DNA from: Dehalococcoidia bacterium UBA1141 | GTDB taxonomy: Bacteria > Chloroflexota > Dehalococcoidia > Lucifugimonadales > UBA3495 | Assembly (NCBI GenBank): GCA_002311385.1 | Contig: DCAE01000109.1 | Location: 118,385 to 182,384, forward strand | Reading direction: 5' to 3' | Length of the DNA: 64,000 nt | Shown here: in pieces, positions 1 to 9,698 of the stretch | How positions within the stretch are numbered: the first letter of the stretch is position 1 | How the letters are laid out: the number at the start of each line of letters is the position of its first letter | Made by a program: the position numbers and the translations under genes | Notes under the pieces: generated by a model | The model's input: the letters and a program-made list of their open reading frames with translations, nothing else | Told to the model about the DNA's origin: nothing | Databases searched by the model: none

Positions 1-209
1 AATAGGCTGCCCAATAGGCCGATTCCGCCTCTGATTCCACGGGTAAATGGCAATGCCTGTATCCACATCGATAAGAAATAAGCTGTCAAGAGAGCACAGA
101 ACACCAGCCAAATGGGTAAGCCGGCATCGCTCAAGTTTATGGCCGCAACAGCCACTGATATGGCGAGAAAAAACGCACAGGTTTCCAAGAGCAGACCTGC
201 ACTGGTCAC
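1..209 (-). CDS. membrane protein, N-terminal fragment (gene runs off the window edge)
   Basis: GTG at 209..207 lies four nt downstream of the DUF58 stop. The translation VTSAGLLLETCAFFLAISVAVAAINLSDAGLPIWLVFCALLTAYFLSMW... is strongly hydrophobic. It sits third in a MoxR-DUF58 operon. Function is not verifiable here. Confidence 0.35.
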   Translation of the reverse strand, partial: MTSAGLLLETCAFFLAISVAVAAINLSDAGLPIWLVFCALLTAYFLSMWIQALPFTRGIRGGIGLLGSL

Positions 210-213
210 GGCG

Positions 214-1467
214 CTAGCTCGCCAGAACTGACTCATCTTTCTCCAAGGCGTCCAGGGCATCGCCCACATGATGGATTTGTACGCCGGGGATTTCTAGACC
301 CGGGATATCTAGTCCGGGCATGCCCTGGGCCGATTGGCTGTCTCCAGAGTAAACAACAACAACGTGGTAGCCGCGGCCCTGCATCTCCTGTATTTCCGCA
401 GCAACGGCTTCGGTTAATGCCGAAGTCACCAGAACGACCGTGGAGCCGGGCGGTAATGACCTGCCCCCGTCCCTGAGGACGCTGGCCAAAGAGGTCATGG
501 TGAATGGGCCTGTCGTGGCCAAGGCTTCCAGAACCAGTGTTATCTGCGACGGTGACGCGCCAAGGGGCACGCTGATGTATCGTGCCGAGAACGTGGCCAC
601 GGCGTTGCTCACTAATCCGAAGGCATAACCACGCCGGGATGCGTAACTGGCAATCGATGCCGCCACGGTCACGGCGCGCTCGAACAAGCGCCGGTTGCTG
701 GTCTGCCACGGTTGTTCGCTGGTGGTGGCGTTAAGGGCCACCAGCACGTTCAAGGAAACAACCGGCTCGAAAAGCTTGGTTTGGAGACGAGAGGCCCGGG
801 CGGAGGCTTTCCAATCAATGAGTTTCATTGGATCGGTGTTTTGGTAGTCACGTTGACCCGCGAAACGGGTGGTGTCCCGAATCAATGGCCTCCTTCCCTT
901 GCTTTCGCCGAGAGGGTTCTCAGCCGGTATATTTAGTTGTTCCAGTTCTACCACCCTGGGATAAACCAGCAGATGGCTCATCTGATCGAACCTGGCTTCA
1001 CCAGAGCTAAAACCGAAGATGTCGCCACTGCGGACTCGCGCCGGGCCGATTCTATGGTAGCCACGGGTGTTACATACCAGGGTGTACTTCCAGGTGACTT
1101 GCTGGAAGGGCAACAGTGAGGTGGTGATTGTGTGCCGCCGGGTTCCTTCCATGGGATTGGGCTGGATGCCAGCGCCGGGCAGATCCAAGACTTCCGGAAA
1201 AGTGTCGTGAATATCGACCCAGATAAGGGGCAAAAGCTTGTCGTTGCGCAGGATGACTGAGTATTCCACCGTATCGCCGATAAATGCGCGGCTTCGGTTC
1301 AGGTAGCGTGAGTGGCTCACCCGGCGAAAAGCGTAACGGTTCCAAATCTTCGTGGCCAGCCAAATGAGGACCACCATGGAGCCCACAATCAACAGCAAGC
1401 TCTCGCTGGTTACCAATCCGATTAGAACCAACACTCCGCCAATCAAAATCCACAGGTCGTTCATCAT
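214..1467 (-). CDS. DUF58 domain protein (MoxR-associated, vWA-like)
   Basis: 417-aa ORF with two N-terminal TM helices followed by a typical DUF58 core (...YQNTDPMKLIDWKASAR...). It lies directly downstream of the MoxR-like ATPase. Confidence 0.75.
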   Translation of the reverse strand: MMNDLWILIGGVLVLIGLVTSESLLLIVGSMVVLIWLATKIWNRYAFRRVSHSRYLNRSRAFIGDTVEYSVILRNDKLLPLIWVDIHDTFPEVLDLPGAGIQPNPMEGTRRHTITTSLLPFQQVTWKYTLVCNTRGYHRIGPARVRSGDIFGFSSGEARFDQMSHLLVYPRVVELEQLNIPAENPLGESKGRRPLIRDTTRFAGQRDYQNTDPMKLIDWKASARASRLQTKLFEPVVSLNVLVALNATTSEQPWQTSNRRLFERAVTVAASIASYASRRGYAFGLVSNAVATFSARYISVPLGASPSQITLVLEALATTGPFTMTSLASVLRDGGRSLPPGSTVVLVTSALTEAVAAEIQEMQGRGYHVVVVYSGDSQSAQGMPGLDIPGLEIPGVQIHHVGDALDALEKDESVLAS

Positions 1468-1481
1468 AGCGGGAGGTTAAC

Positions 1482-2398
1482 CTACACTGGCACCTGAATC
1501 TGATCGAGGATTTGGATCACCACATCTTCAGCCGTTCGCTCCCTCAGCCGGGCCTGGGACTTGACTATCATTCGGTGGGCCAGAGTATACGGGGCTAGCA
1601 ACTTTATGTCGTCTGGAGAAACGTAGTCCCGGCCTTGAATGGCCGCCATTGTCTGGCTGCACCGGTAAAGACCCATGCTGGCTCTAGGGCTAGCGCCCAA
1701 ATCCAGGTCGCCATGGCCACGAGTTGCTTGTACGACCTGAACCAGATAGTTGCGCAACACCGGGTCCACGTACACCTCCCGAACCAAGACCTGACGGTGA
1801 ACCACATCCTGGCTGGACGCCACGGGCTGCAGATTGACCAGCGGGTCGGTCGACTGAAACCGGGCCAGCACATCTTCTTCTTCCGATTCCTCTGGATAAC
1901 CCAACTTGATGCGCATCAAGAGTCGGTCCAATTGGGCTTCGGGCAAAGGGAAAGTGCCCTCCAGTTCCACCGGGTTTTGCGTTGCGATTACCAGGAAAGG
2001 TGCTGGCAAAGGAATCGTGGTATCGTCCACGGTCACTTGCCTCTCGGCCATGGCTTCCAATAAGGCCGACTGGGTGCGAGGGGTCGCTCGGTTAATCTCG
2101 TCGGCCAGCACAACCTGAGCGATTATCGGGCCAGGCCGGAACTCGAATTCCCCCGATTTCTGGTTGTAGAAGTGGATGCCGGTGATGTCCGAGGGCATCA
2201 GGTCGGGTGTGAATTGGATGCGCTTGAATGTGCAATCTATCGAGTCTGCCAGGGAACGGGCCAAGGTTGTTTTGCCGATTCCGGGCACATCTCGATAACA
2301 GGGCCTTTGCCCACCAACACCTTCTCCACATTGACCCTGACATTTTCCGCAAGCTTAGCCACAGCGCCCGTCGGTTTTGAAGTAGTTGGTTGGGTCAT
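1482..2398 (-). pseudogene. moxR: MoxR-like AAA+ ATPase, disrupted just upstream of Walker A
   Basis: The ORF 1482..2288 begins at GTG directly in the P-loop (V-PGIGKTT). The true N-terminus (ATG 2398, [36 protein letters not shown]) is in another frame (offset 110 nt = 3n-1). About 15 residues expected between the VIE segment and the P-loop are absent. Confidence 0.7.
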
Positions 2399-2467
2399 CT
2401 AATTTGCCATCAGTTCAAGCAATCCTGCCACCGGATGTGAGCCATCTTATCGCGTTGTTCTCCGGAC

Positions 2468-3172
2468 CTAGGCTTGGCTGGCAATCCCAGCCTCAGCCTC
2501 CCTAAGATCTTTGAACGAGTCTACGCTACGCCAAAAAGCCCTGGACTCAAAGGCTGATATTCTGCCCGAATGGGCCAACTGGGGAAATGTGCTGGTCTCG
2601 TGGTCACCCAATGCCGGAAGTTCCGAAGCAATATTGCGCTCCAGAATATATACGCCAGCATTGATCCAGTAGGGCATCTCAACCTTTTCCCGGAAGTCCA
2701 CCACGTCCCCCGCCTGGTTCATCTCCACCAGGCCATATGGGCTGACCATGGGCACCACCATGATAGTCGCCATGTGGGACGGATTTTCGTCGATTTTTTC
2801 TTGATGGCGCTCTAACAACCCTTTGGGGTCCTCAAAACAGATGACATCTCCGTTCAAGACAGCGACTGGTCCCGAGTCTTTGGGGACTAGAGAAAATCCC
2901 TTGCGGATTGCTCCCCCTCTGCCCAAGGGCGAGTCTTCCACGCTGTAGAGTGCTCTAACGCCGAAAGCGCTGCCGTCGCCAAAATGGTCTTTGATGGCTT
3001 CCCAGCGGTACCCGGCCAGGAACACCACGTCGCTCACTCCAATGGACTGCAACCACTCTATCTGTCGTTCCAATATGGGCTTTCCGCCCACGGGCACCAT
3101 CGGTTTCGGCAAGTTGTCAGTTAGTGGCCTGAGCCGCTCCCCTTGGCCTCCAGCCAGGATCAGTGCATACAT
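2468..3172 (-). CDS. sugar-phosphate nucleotidyltransferase (NDP-sugar pyrophosphorylase family)
   Basis: The N-terminus MYALILAGGQGERLRPLTDNLPKPMVPVGGKPIL is the canonical G-rich NTP-transferase signature. 234 aa. Confidence 0.85.
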   Translation of the reverse strand: MYALILAGGQGERLRPLTDNLPKPMVPVGGKPILERQIEWLQSIGVSDVVFLAGYRWEAIKDHFGDGSAFGVRALYSVEDSPLGRGGAIRKGFSLVPKDSGPVAVLNGDVICFEDPKGLLERHQEKIDENPSHMATIMVVPMVSPYGLVEMNQAGDVVDFREKVEMPYWINAGVYILERNIASELPALGDHETSTFPQLAHSGRISAFESRAFWRSVDSFKDLREAEAGIASQA

Positions 3173-3354
3173 GATTTAATTACCTACTTGCGGAACTTGA
3201 AACACACCAACACACTTTTAATCAATATAACCGCGGAAGCGGTGATAGTCCAACAGCATTGCATGTTCCTTTAGTCATGACCGTGGGCATACTAAAGGAT
3301 TATTCTATGTGAACCATCAAAGCGTCGGAATTCAAAGCCAAATGCCTAAAAATT

Positions 3355-3537
3355 ATGGATGAGGTAGCAGAGACGGGCGAGCCAGTTCTCATAACCAAGA
3401 ATGACGTTCCAGTTGCAGAACTGGTTTCGGCTCGGCGCAAGCCTAAAGTTCTCTTCGGTTTGATGAAGGGGTCGGTTACCTACATCGGTGACATCATCTC
3501 TCCCGCAGAGGTGGAATGGGAAGCCGAAAGTGGATGA
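3355..3537 (+). CDS. Phd/YefM-type antitoxin (N-terminus problematic, see findings)
   Basis: MDEVAETGEPVLITKNDVPVAELV... matches the Phd/YefM core. The conserved first strand TIKASEFKAKCLKI is encoded in frame upstream (3313..3354) but is preceded by ATG-TGA (3307..3312). The gene overlaps the downstream PIN toxin. Confidence 0.7.
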   Translation: MDEVAETGEPVLITKNDVPVAELVSARRKPKVLFGLMKGSVTYIGDIISPAEVEWEAESG

Positions 3538-3940
3538 CCCTCTCGTTCTTGACACCCATACCCTTGTTGGGCTTGTGGAAGGTGAATCTCGATTGGGTCG
3601 AAAATCCCGTGAATTGGCTCAAGCGGCACTACAGTCAGACGTGCTGGCGGTTTCGGCGATTTGCTTTTTGGAGATTGCAATGCTCGTCAAGTCGGGGCGG
3701 CTGGGACTAGCCATGCCTACATCCGAATGGCACAGAGGATCCCTGAAACTAGGCATATTGGAAGCGCCAGTGACAGGGCAAATCGGGATTCTAGCCGAGG
3801 AGTCAGCTGGATTGCCGGGCGATTCAGCCGACCGAATCATAACCGCGACGGCGATAGTGCTAAATGCGACCTTGCTCACGGCAGATCAGCGCATCCTCAA
3901 TTGGCCGGTTAACTTGACGCGATTCGATGCCCGTGACTGA
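3530..3940 (+). CDS. vapC: PIN-domain ribonuclease toxin, VapC type
   Basis: GTG 3530 overlaps the antitoxin stop by 8 nt. The translation VDDPLVLDTHTLV...FLEIAMLV...DRIITATAIVLNATLLTADQRI shows the PIN acidic residues. Confidence 0.8.
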   Translation: MDDPLVLDTHTLVGLVEGESRLGRKSRELAQAALQSDVLAVSAICFLEIAMLVKSGRLGLAMPTSEWHRGSLKLGILEAPVTGQIGILAEESAGLPGDSADRIITATAIVLNATLLTADQRILNWPVNLTRFDARD

Positions 3941-4065
3941 ACTAGAGAATTGGGTGAAATGGGAGCAAATGGCGGCTCGTTTTGTTCCGGTGGATTGAAG
4001 TTACGAATCCTCCAAGTCCCTACCGTGGGTCGAATTCCCGTAATCTGGGAATATATGCGAACGTT

Positions 4066-4139
4066 TGGCTGCCCCGCCTGGGCTCGAACCAGGGATTTCA
4101 GCTCCAAAGGCTGACGTGCTACCACTACACCACGGGGCA
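4066..4139 (-). tRNA. tRNA-Gln (anticodon UUG), CCA encoded
   Basis: Hand-folded cloverleaf: acceptor UGCCCCG/CGGGGCA, D stem GUGU/GCAC, anticodon stem UCAGC/GCUGA with loop CUUUGGA, T arm CCUGG-UUCGAGC-CCAGG, discriminator G, CCA. 74 nt. Confidence 0.9.
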
Positions 4140-4342
4140 TCGAAAGGGACCATCGCTGAAATACCGGGCTGGAGTTGCCCGTGCAGCGTTGGCCCACCTA
4201 TATTCTGCGATGCCCACCGGAAAGCGTCAAGGGGGCCGCCAAACAACGTTCCAAGCTTTCCTCTCCGTTAGACGCTGGGTGACCAGTATGAGTCGGCAAA
4301 TGGCGGGCTGATATAATTGCCAGCGTGCCCGATACTATCAAC

Positions 4343-5116
4343 ATGAACAGGCTTCGCATTTCGCTGCTGCACGTGGCGCCGGTCCTCAATCAGATTAGCC
4401 ACAACCGCATCTTGCTTGAGACTGCGCTAAAGACTGCTGCGAAAGAGGGCGCAAATTGGGCAATTACCCCGGAGTTGTGGGTGAGCGGATACATGTTTGA
4501 CAGCCATATTGGCTCGGACTGGATTCTACCTCAACCCGACCCTTGGATGCTCAGTTTCTGCCAACTTGTGAAGGCCCTGGAAATGACGGTTTTCCTATCT
4601 CATCCCGAGAGGGATTTGGAATCGGGCAAACTATACAACTCGGTGTTCGTAATCAACGGTCAGGGGGAAATCGTAGGCAAGCACCGAAAAATCAAGGCGC
4701 TACACGGGGCCGAAGCCTGGTCCAGCCCAGGTTGGGAAATTGAGCCCATAGAGGCCGATGGCATCAAAGCGGGAATCTTAGTTTGCGCCGACGGGTATAA
4801 GAACGATGTGGCCAGTGTGCTGAAAGACAAAGGCGCTCAAGTGTTGGTTTCGCCTTCGGCTTGGGGGCCGGGGGAATGCGGTCCTGACGGCGAGTGGGTG
4901 CAGCGCACGAAGGACACGGGGTTGCCCATGATGGTGTGCAACCGTTCCGGAGGCGAGGGCGACGATCTGGACTATAGCCTGGCCGAGAGCGTGGTGGCCC
5001 ATGGTGGTGAGACGCTGCTCTTGGCGACCAGCAAGCGGTCAGTTGTCCTCAGCTTCGACTGGGATATGGTCAACATGAAACTCTTGTCGTCGGAGTTCAG
5101 TAAGACGTATTTTTAG
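4343..5116 (+). CDS. carbon-nitrogen hydrolase (nitrilase superfamily)
   Basis: MNRLRISLLHVAP... then ...WAITPELWVSGY (catalytic Glu), ...HRKIKAL (Lys) and ...GILVCADG (Cys), giving the C-N hydrolase triad context. ATG 4343 is preferred over GTG 4325. Confidence 0.8.
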   Translation: MNRLRISLLHVAPVLNQISHNRILLETALKTAAKEGANWAITPELWVSGYMFDSHIGSDWILPQPDPWMLSFCQLVKALEMTVFLSHPERDLESGKLYNSVFVINGQGEIVGKHRKIKALHGAEAWSSPGWEIEPIEADGIKAGILVCADGYKNDVASVLKDKGAQVLVSPSAWGPGECGPDGEWVQRTKDTGLPMMVCNRSGGEGDDLDYSLAESVVAHGGETLLLATSKRSVVLSFDWDMVNMKLLSSEFSKTYF

Positions 5117-5123
5117 CTACTGC

Positions 5124-5165
5124 CGGTTTGGATTGCCCGGCTTGGATTGCGCGGTTTGGATTGCG
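5124..5165. repeat. three tandem 14-nt repeats (CGGYTTGGATTGCS)
   Basis: cggtttggattgcc / cggcttggattgcg / cggtttggattgcg, in the convergent spacer between the C-N hydrolase and ruvX. Confidence 0.9.
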
Positions 5166-5187
5166 AAAAGAAAGAGCTCAAGACTCA

Positions 5188-5607
5188 TCAGGCCCCGCCA
5201 GCCTCAACGTCACGGCTTTCCAGAAAACGCCGCAGAATCAAAACCGCCGCGGCCTCATCCACCGACCCTTTTTCCCGGGAGGGTTGCCTCGCCGCCTCTC
5301 GCAACAGCCCTTCGGCCTCCACGGAGGTGAACCGCTCATCGACGGTGTACACCGGCATGCCGGATCCTTTGCGCAGGGCACGCACAAACCCCTGGACTTT
5401 CTTGGCTTGAGGTCCTAATTTTCCTTCTTGGTTGTAGGGAATGCCTACGACAACGCTCTCCGCGCCTCGGTCCTTGGCGACTTCCAGAACTCGCTCCATG
5501 TCTTGGGCAAGCTTAGCCCTCACGATATGACCTGCAGGGAAAACCAGGTCAGTCCCGTCGCTACCCACTGCCAAGCCGACGCGGCGGTCACCTAGGTCAA
5601 GAGCCAA
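5188..5607 (-). CDS. ruvX: Holliday junction resolvase-like nuclease RuvX/YqgF
   Basis: (M)ALDLGDRRVGLAVGSD... and C-terminal ...VDERFTSVEAE are typical of YqgF. TTG start. Lies immediately downstream of alaS, a common arrangement. Confidence 0.85.
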   Translation of the reverse strand: MALDLGDRRVGLAVGSDGTDLVFPAGHIVRAKLAQDMERVLEVAKDRGAESVVVGIPYNQEGKLGPQAKKVQGFVRALRKGSGMPVYTVDERFTSVEAEGLLREAARQPSREKGSVDEAAAVLILRRFLESRDVEAGGA

Positions 5608-5670
5608 GTATTTCAGGGTTTCACCTGCTGGGGTATAAAAATAAGTGGGATCCTCACTCGTGCCTAGCGC

Positions 5671-8607
5671 TCAGGACAGGCTCTGTCTGACAAACTCCGG
5701 GATGCTATCCAGCGCTTCGTCCAGTTTTTGAACGCTCTTCCCGCCTGCTTGGGCCATCTCGGGACGGCCGCCGCCGCCGCCGCCCATAATCTTGGCGGCA
5801 TCACGCGCCAGGTTGCCCGCATGAATGCCCCGATCCACCAAATCCGGCGTGGCCATGGCCACCAGCATTGGATTGCCATCGACAACCGCCGCCAGCACAA
5901 CTACCACGGAGGACAGCTTGGCTTTGAGAAAATCACCCATCTCCCGCATGGCGTCTGGGCCCGAGGCCGAAGTGCGCCCGGCCACTACTTTGACTCCATC
6001 AACGTCGGCAACATTCGCCAGCATCTGCTCGGCTTCCGTGCGCAAGGCGGTTCTTTCCAAAGCCCCTAGGCGACGATGCAGGTCTTCGGTGTCCTGCATG
6101 AAACTCTCCAAGCGGGTTTCCAGGTCGGCCACCGGAGTTTGCAGCCTTCGGGACAGGCTCTCCAACTTGGCTGATTGCTCTACAAAGAGCTCTTCCGCAA
6201 CACGGCCGGTAACCGCCTCTATGCGTCGCATGCCTCCACCGATGCTGGACTCGCCCAACACAAACAATGTACCCACTTGTCCCGTGGCGGCAACGTGGGT
6301 GCCACCGCATACTTCGATGCTGAACGACTCGCCGTTGGACATGGCCACCACTCTGACCACATCACCGTAGCGGTCACCGAAGAAAGCTAATGCTCCTTCC
6401 CGGACCGCCTCGGTATAGGTTGTCTCGTGGGAACGCACCATTAGATTGTCCCGCACCCTTTCGTTGGCCAAACCCTGAACAGAGGTGATTTCATCCGGGG
6501 TGAGGGCGCTGACATGACTAAAGTCGAACCGCAAGCGGTCGGGGGAAACGAATGAACCAGCCTGACGCACATGAGGGCCCAAAACCGACCTGAGTGAAGC
6601 ATGGAGCAGGTGGGTGCCGCTGTGATTCCGGGAGGCGTCCATACGGCGGGAAGGCTCCACTTGGGCCGTGACCAGTTCGCCTAGGGAAATATCGCCCTGC
6701 TGAACGACGCCCCGGTGAATTATCAATCCAGCCACTGGGCTTTGGGTATCCTGAACGGTAACCACTCCGTTGGGGCCGGTGATGGTACCGTGGTCGCCCA
6801 ATTGACCACCGCCCTCGGCGTAGAAAGGAGTCTCGGCAAGGACAATCTCAACCTGCTGGCCCTTAGTGGCCACTCCAAAAGGCTCTAGGGTTCCTTGGCT
6901 CTCGGACTCTGTTTGGCTGGAGTTGTCCGTTTGGCCGGAATTGAATGAAGGATTCACCAGTATGGCGGCCACCGTGGTTTCTTTAAGAAGCCCATCGTAG
7001 CCAACGAAGGAGGAGCGGTCCAAGCCCAGGTCCTCATAGGCGGTAACCACCTCCATGCTCCCTTCGAAGCCGTGGCCGGAGCGGGACTTTTCCCTCTGCG
7101 CAGACATTTCCTTTTCGAAGCCTTCCATATCTAGGTCTAAGCCGTTCTCCCGAGCCATCTCGGCCGTCAACTCGGGCGGGAAGCCGTAGGTATCGTAAAG
7201 GACAAATGTCTCGTTACCGGTGATGGATTCCAACCAAGGCCATACTCGCTCCCCAAAACTTCGAACATCGTCCTTTGGAGTTAATGCGGCGTGGGCTAGG
7301 TAAGCGCCTGTATTCTCATCTTCGTTGGTACCGACGGTTGTACCGGGATAGAACACGCTCCCATTCGGGTCCAGAATCGTCTCCATATCTCGCGAAACTA
7401 TCGCCCGATATTTGAACATTCCGTCCAGGATTGCAATCCCCCTTTCGAAAGCCTCACCGAACCGCTCTTCCTCCAGGCGAATCACACGGAGGATAAAGTC
7501 GTGATTCTCAGACAGTTCTTTGTAAACACCGCTAAACCGGGGCAGCACCGTTTCGGCCACTTGAGCCAAAAACAGACCGTTTAAGCCCAGCCTGCGGCCA
7601 TAGCGTATGGCCCGGCGGATAACCCGCCGCAGCACGTAGCCGCGTCCGGCTTTGCCGGGAACCACACCATCGCCGATTAGGAATGAAGCGGCACGAGCGT
7701 GCTCGGCTACCACCCGCAGTGCAAAGTCGGTGTCCGTGTCGGCTCCATAAGTCTTTCCCGACAGGCGGCAGGCCTCGGCTATGATTGGCTGGAAAAGGTC
7801 CGTCTCGTAGATGTTGTCCTTTCCCTGAAGTACTACGGCGGCCCTTTCCAGGCCCATGCCGGTGTCGATGCTGGGAGCTGGAAGCGGCACGCGGGTTCCT
7901 TGAGCGTCCTGGTAAAACTGCATAAATACCAGGTTCCACAACTCCACGAACCGTTCACAATCGCAGTTGGGATGGCAACCAGGGACGTCCGGAAACCCAG
8001 ACTTAACACCAGCGTCCCGGTCCGCCCGCAAGATGGCGGTCAGGTCATCGGGCGAAACCATGTCTTGGCAGCCCTTTTCCCGTCCACCGTCGTAATGAAT
8101 CTCCGAGCAAGGGCCGGTTGCGCCCTCGTTGCCCGCAGGCCCCCACCAGTTGTCGCTATCTCCATAGCGGTAGATGCGCTCTACCGGCACTCCCACTTGG
8201 TCACGCCAAATCTTGAATGCGTCATCGTCATCTAAATGGATAGTAACGAAAAGTTTATCCGGGTCCAAGCCGAACTTCTTGGTGACCAACTCCCAGGCGA
8301 ATTCGATAGCGCCCTCTTTGAAGTAATCACCAATGCTGAAATTTCCCAGCATCTCAAAGAAGGTCAGGTGTTTGTGGTCGCCCACCTCGTCGATATCGGT
8401 GGTGCGAAAGCTCTTCTGGCTGCTGGTCATCCTAACCCGGGGCGGCGTCTGTTCGCCGGTAAAAAAGGGCTTGAAAGGGACCATGCCAGCGCTGGTGAAC
8501 AGGAGGGTCGGGTCGCCTGCGGGTATCAACGAGGCACTGGGCATGTGGAGGTGCCCCTTCTCTTCAAAGTAACCGATGAATAGGTCTCTAATTTCGTCGC
8601 CGTTCAT
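5671..8607 (-). CDS. alaS: alanine--tRNA ligase
   Basis: 978 aa. Contains the class II motifs (FTSAGMVPFKPFF, HHTFFEMLGNFS-like), the editing-domain HSGTHLLH and CGGTH, and a C-terminal DHHA1-like GGGGGRPEMAQAGG. Confidence 0.97.
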   Translation of the reverse strand: MNGDEIRDLFIGYFEEKGHLHMPSASLIPAGDPTLLFTSAGMVPFKPFFTGEQTPPRVRMTSSQKSFRTTDIDEVGDHKHLTFFEMLGNFSIGDYFKEGAIEFAWELVTKKFGLDPDKLFVTIHLDDDDAFKIWRDQVGVPVERIYRYGDSDNWWGPAGNEGATGPCSEIHYDGGREKGCQDMVSPDDLTAILRADRDAGVKSGFPDVPGCHPNCDCERFVELWNLVFMQFYQDAQGTRVPLPAPSIDTGMGLERAAVVLQGKDNIYETDLFQPIIAEACRLSGKTYGADTDTDFALRVVAEHARAASFLIGDGVVPGKAGRGYVLRRVIRRAIRYGRRLGLNGLFLAQVAETVLPRFSGVYKELSENHDFILRVIRLEEERFGEAFERGIAILDGMFKYRAIVSRDMETILDPNGSVFYPGTTVGTNEDENTGAYLAHAALTPKDDVRSFGERVWPWLESITGNETFVLYDTYGFPPELTAEMARENGLDLDMEGFEKEMSAQREKSRSGHGFEGSMEVVTAYEDLGLDRSSFVGYDGLLKETTVAAILVNPSFNSGQTDNSSQTESESQGTLEPFGVATKGQQVEIVLAETPFYAEGGGQLGDHGTITGPNGVVTVQDTQSPVAGLIIHRGVVQQGDISLGELVTAQVEPSRRMDASRNHSGTHLLHASLRSVLGPHVRQAGSFVSPDRLRFDFSHVSALTPDEITSVQGLANERVRDNLMVRSHETTYTEAVREGALAFFGDRYGDVVRVVAMSNGESFSIEVCGGTHVAATGQVGTLFVLGESSIGGGMRRIEAVTGRVAEELFVEQSAKLESLSRRLQTPVADLETRLESFMQDTEDLHRRLGALERTALRTEAEQMLANVADVDGVKVVAGRTSASGPDAMREMGDFLKAKLSSVVVVLAAVVDGNPMLVAMATPDLVDRGIHAGNLARDAAKIMGGGGGGRPEMAQAGGKSVQKLDEALDSIPEFVRQSLS

Positions 8608-9024
8608 TCCTGTTCATTCCCATTGCTCGCCTAGATTGCGATTCTAGATTTTTAAATATTAGGGCTCGTCCTCGAGCCCTAGGTAGACTAATTAGCGTTG
8701 TTTATAAAATGGGATTGCGTGCCTGACGGGATTAACGGGCTTTTCTGCCAGACCGGCGTGCGTGAATCGGCGTGTTTGAACCGGCTTGTTTAAAATTGTA
8801 TTCCAACGCTATATGGTGGTCAATTGAAATGGAACACGGAGTACTAGAAATTATCGGCGCAGGTGGATAATGTTGACTTGGACCAGGATGCCAGCCCATA
8901 TTGACCCTCATGCAGCATGACCGTACAATAAGGGCGTTAAGAAAGATGAAAGGTAGAGTGATACGCAAGGGGTAACAAAGGTTATAGACGTACAGACAGG
9001 GAATTTTCTTGTGGGGGGACGTAG

Positions 9025-9279
9025 ATGAACTCCAGCATCATCGGGAAGATAGACAAGGCCCGGAGATACGCAGAAGAGAAAGACCGAGTCGCTATCACCA
9101 GTCTAAGATCTACATTCAAAGGCGATCACAATCAATACGATGTTTCGTTAGACGCTGGCAATTGGAATTGTCAGTGTCATTTTTTTAGCACCCGGGGTGT
9201 CTGCAGCCATATCATGGCCCTCCAGAGAATCCTGGAGGAAATGCTCACCACCCAACCTGAAGCAGTTCAAGCCACATAG
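9025..9279 (+). CDS. small SWIM zinc-finger protein
   Basis: 84 aa with a CxC-x9-CxH signature (NCQCHFFSTRGVCSH). Confidence 0.6.
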   Translation: MNSSIIGKIDKARRYAEEKDRVAITSLRSTFKGDHNQYDVSLDAGNWNCQCHFFSTRGVCSHIMALQRILEEMLTTQPEAVQAT

Positions 9280-9432
9280 CGTAAGCGAGAGCTGATTGGG
9301 GCGAGAATCGGCCAGGACAGTGGCTGAAAATTAGGCGCGTTACTGGCCTGATGTTGGGGCTTGGATTGGGGGTCAAGTGAGAGTCCATAGGCTCACTATG
9401 AACTACGACGCCCAAAGACTCGACTATCTTTT

Positions 9433-9460
9433 GAACCTTAGCTTCTGAACCTCAGCTTCT
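9433..9460. repeat. tandem 14-nt repeat x2
   Basis: gaaccttagcttct / gaacctcagcttct in the alaS-hemA intergenic region. Confidence 0.85.
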
Positions 9461-9672
9461 GCCTCGCCTATCTCGCTTAAAACTTTGCGGTCGAGCGGGC
9501 GTGTCTCTTACCGCGCCGTTTGGTAGGCTCTTTGGTCAACATATCGACCGGAAATTGGTGATGACCGGCGCGAACCGGACCTCGGAAAGCGCGTTTCCGA
9601 CGACCGGGTCAACGTTGACAGCACAGTGCGTCCAGATTACACTCCGAACCGGCGAGCCAAATGTTTCAAGGG

Positions 9673-9698
9673 CCAATATATTCGCCCAATATATTCGC
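9673..9698. repeat. perfect tandem 13-nt duplication (CCAATATATTCGC x2)
   Basis: Two identical copies lie directly upstream of the probable hemA start. Each contains a TATATT -10-like hexamer. Confidence 0.9.

Noticed and set aside
3300-4140. TA module next to tRNA-Gln as the edge of a genomic island
   Set aside because: There is no integrase, no direct repeat of the tRNA 3' end and no compositional break that I can see. The flanking genes are housekeeping.
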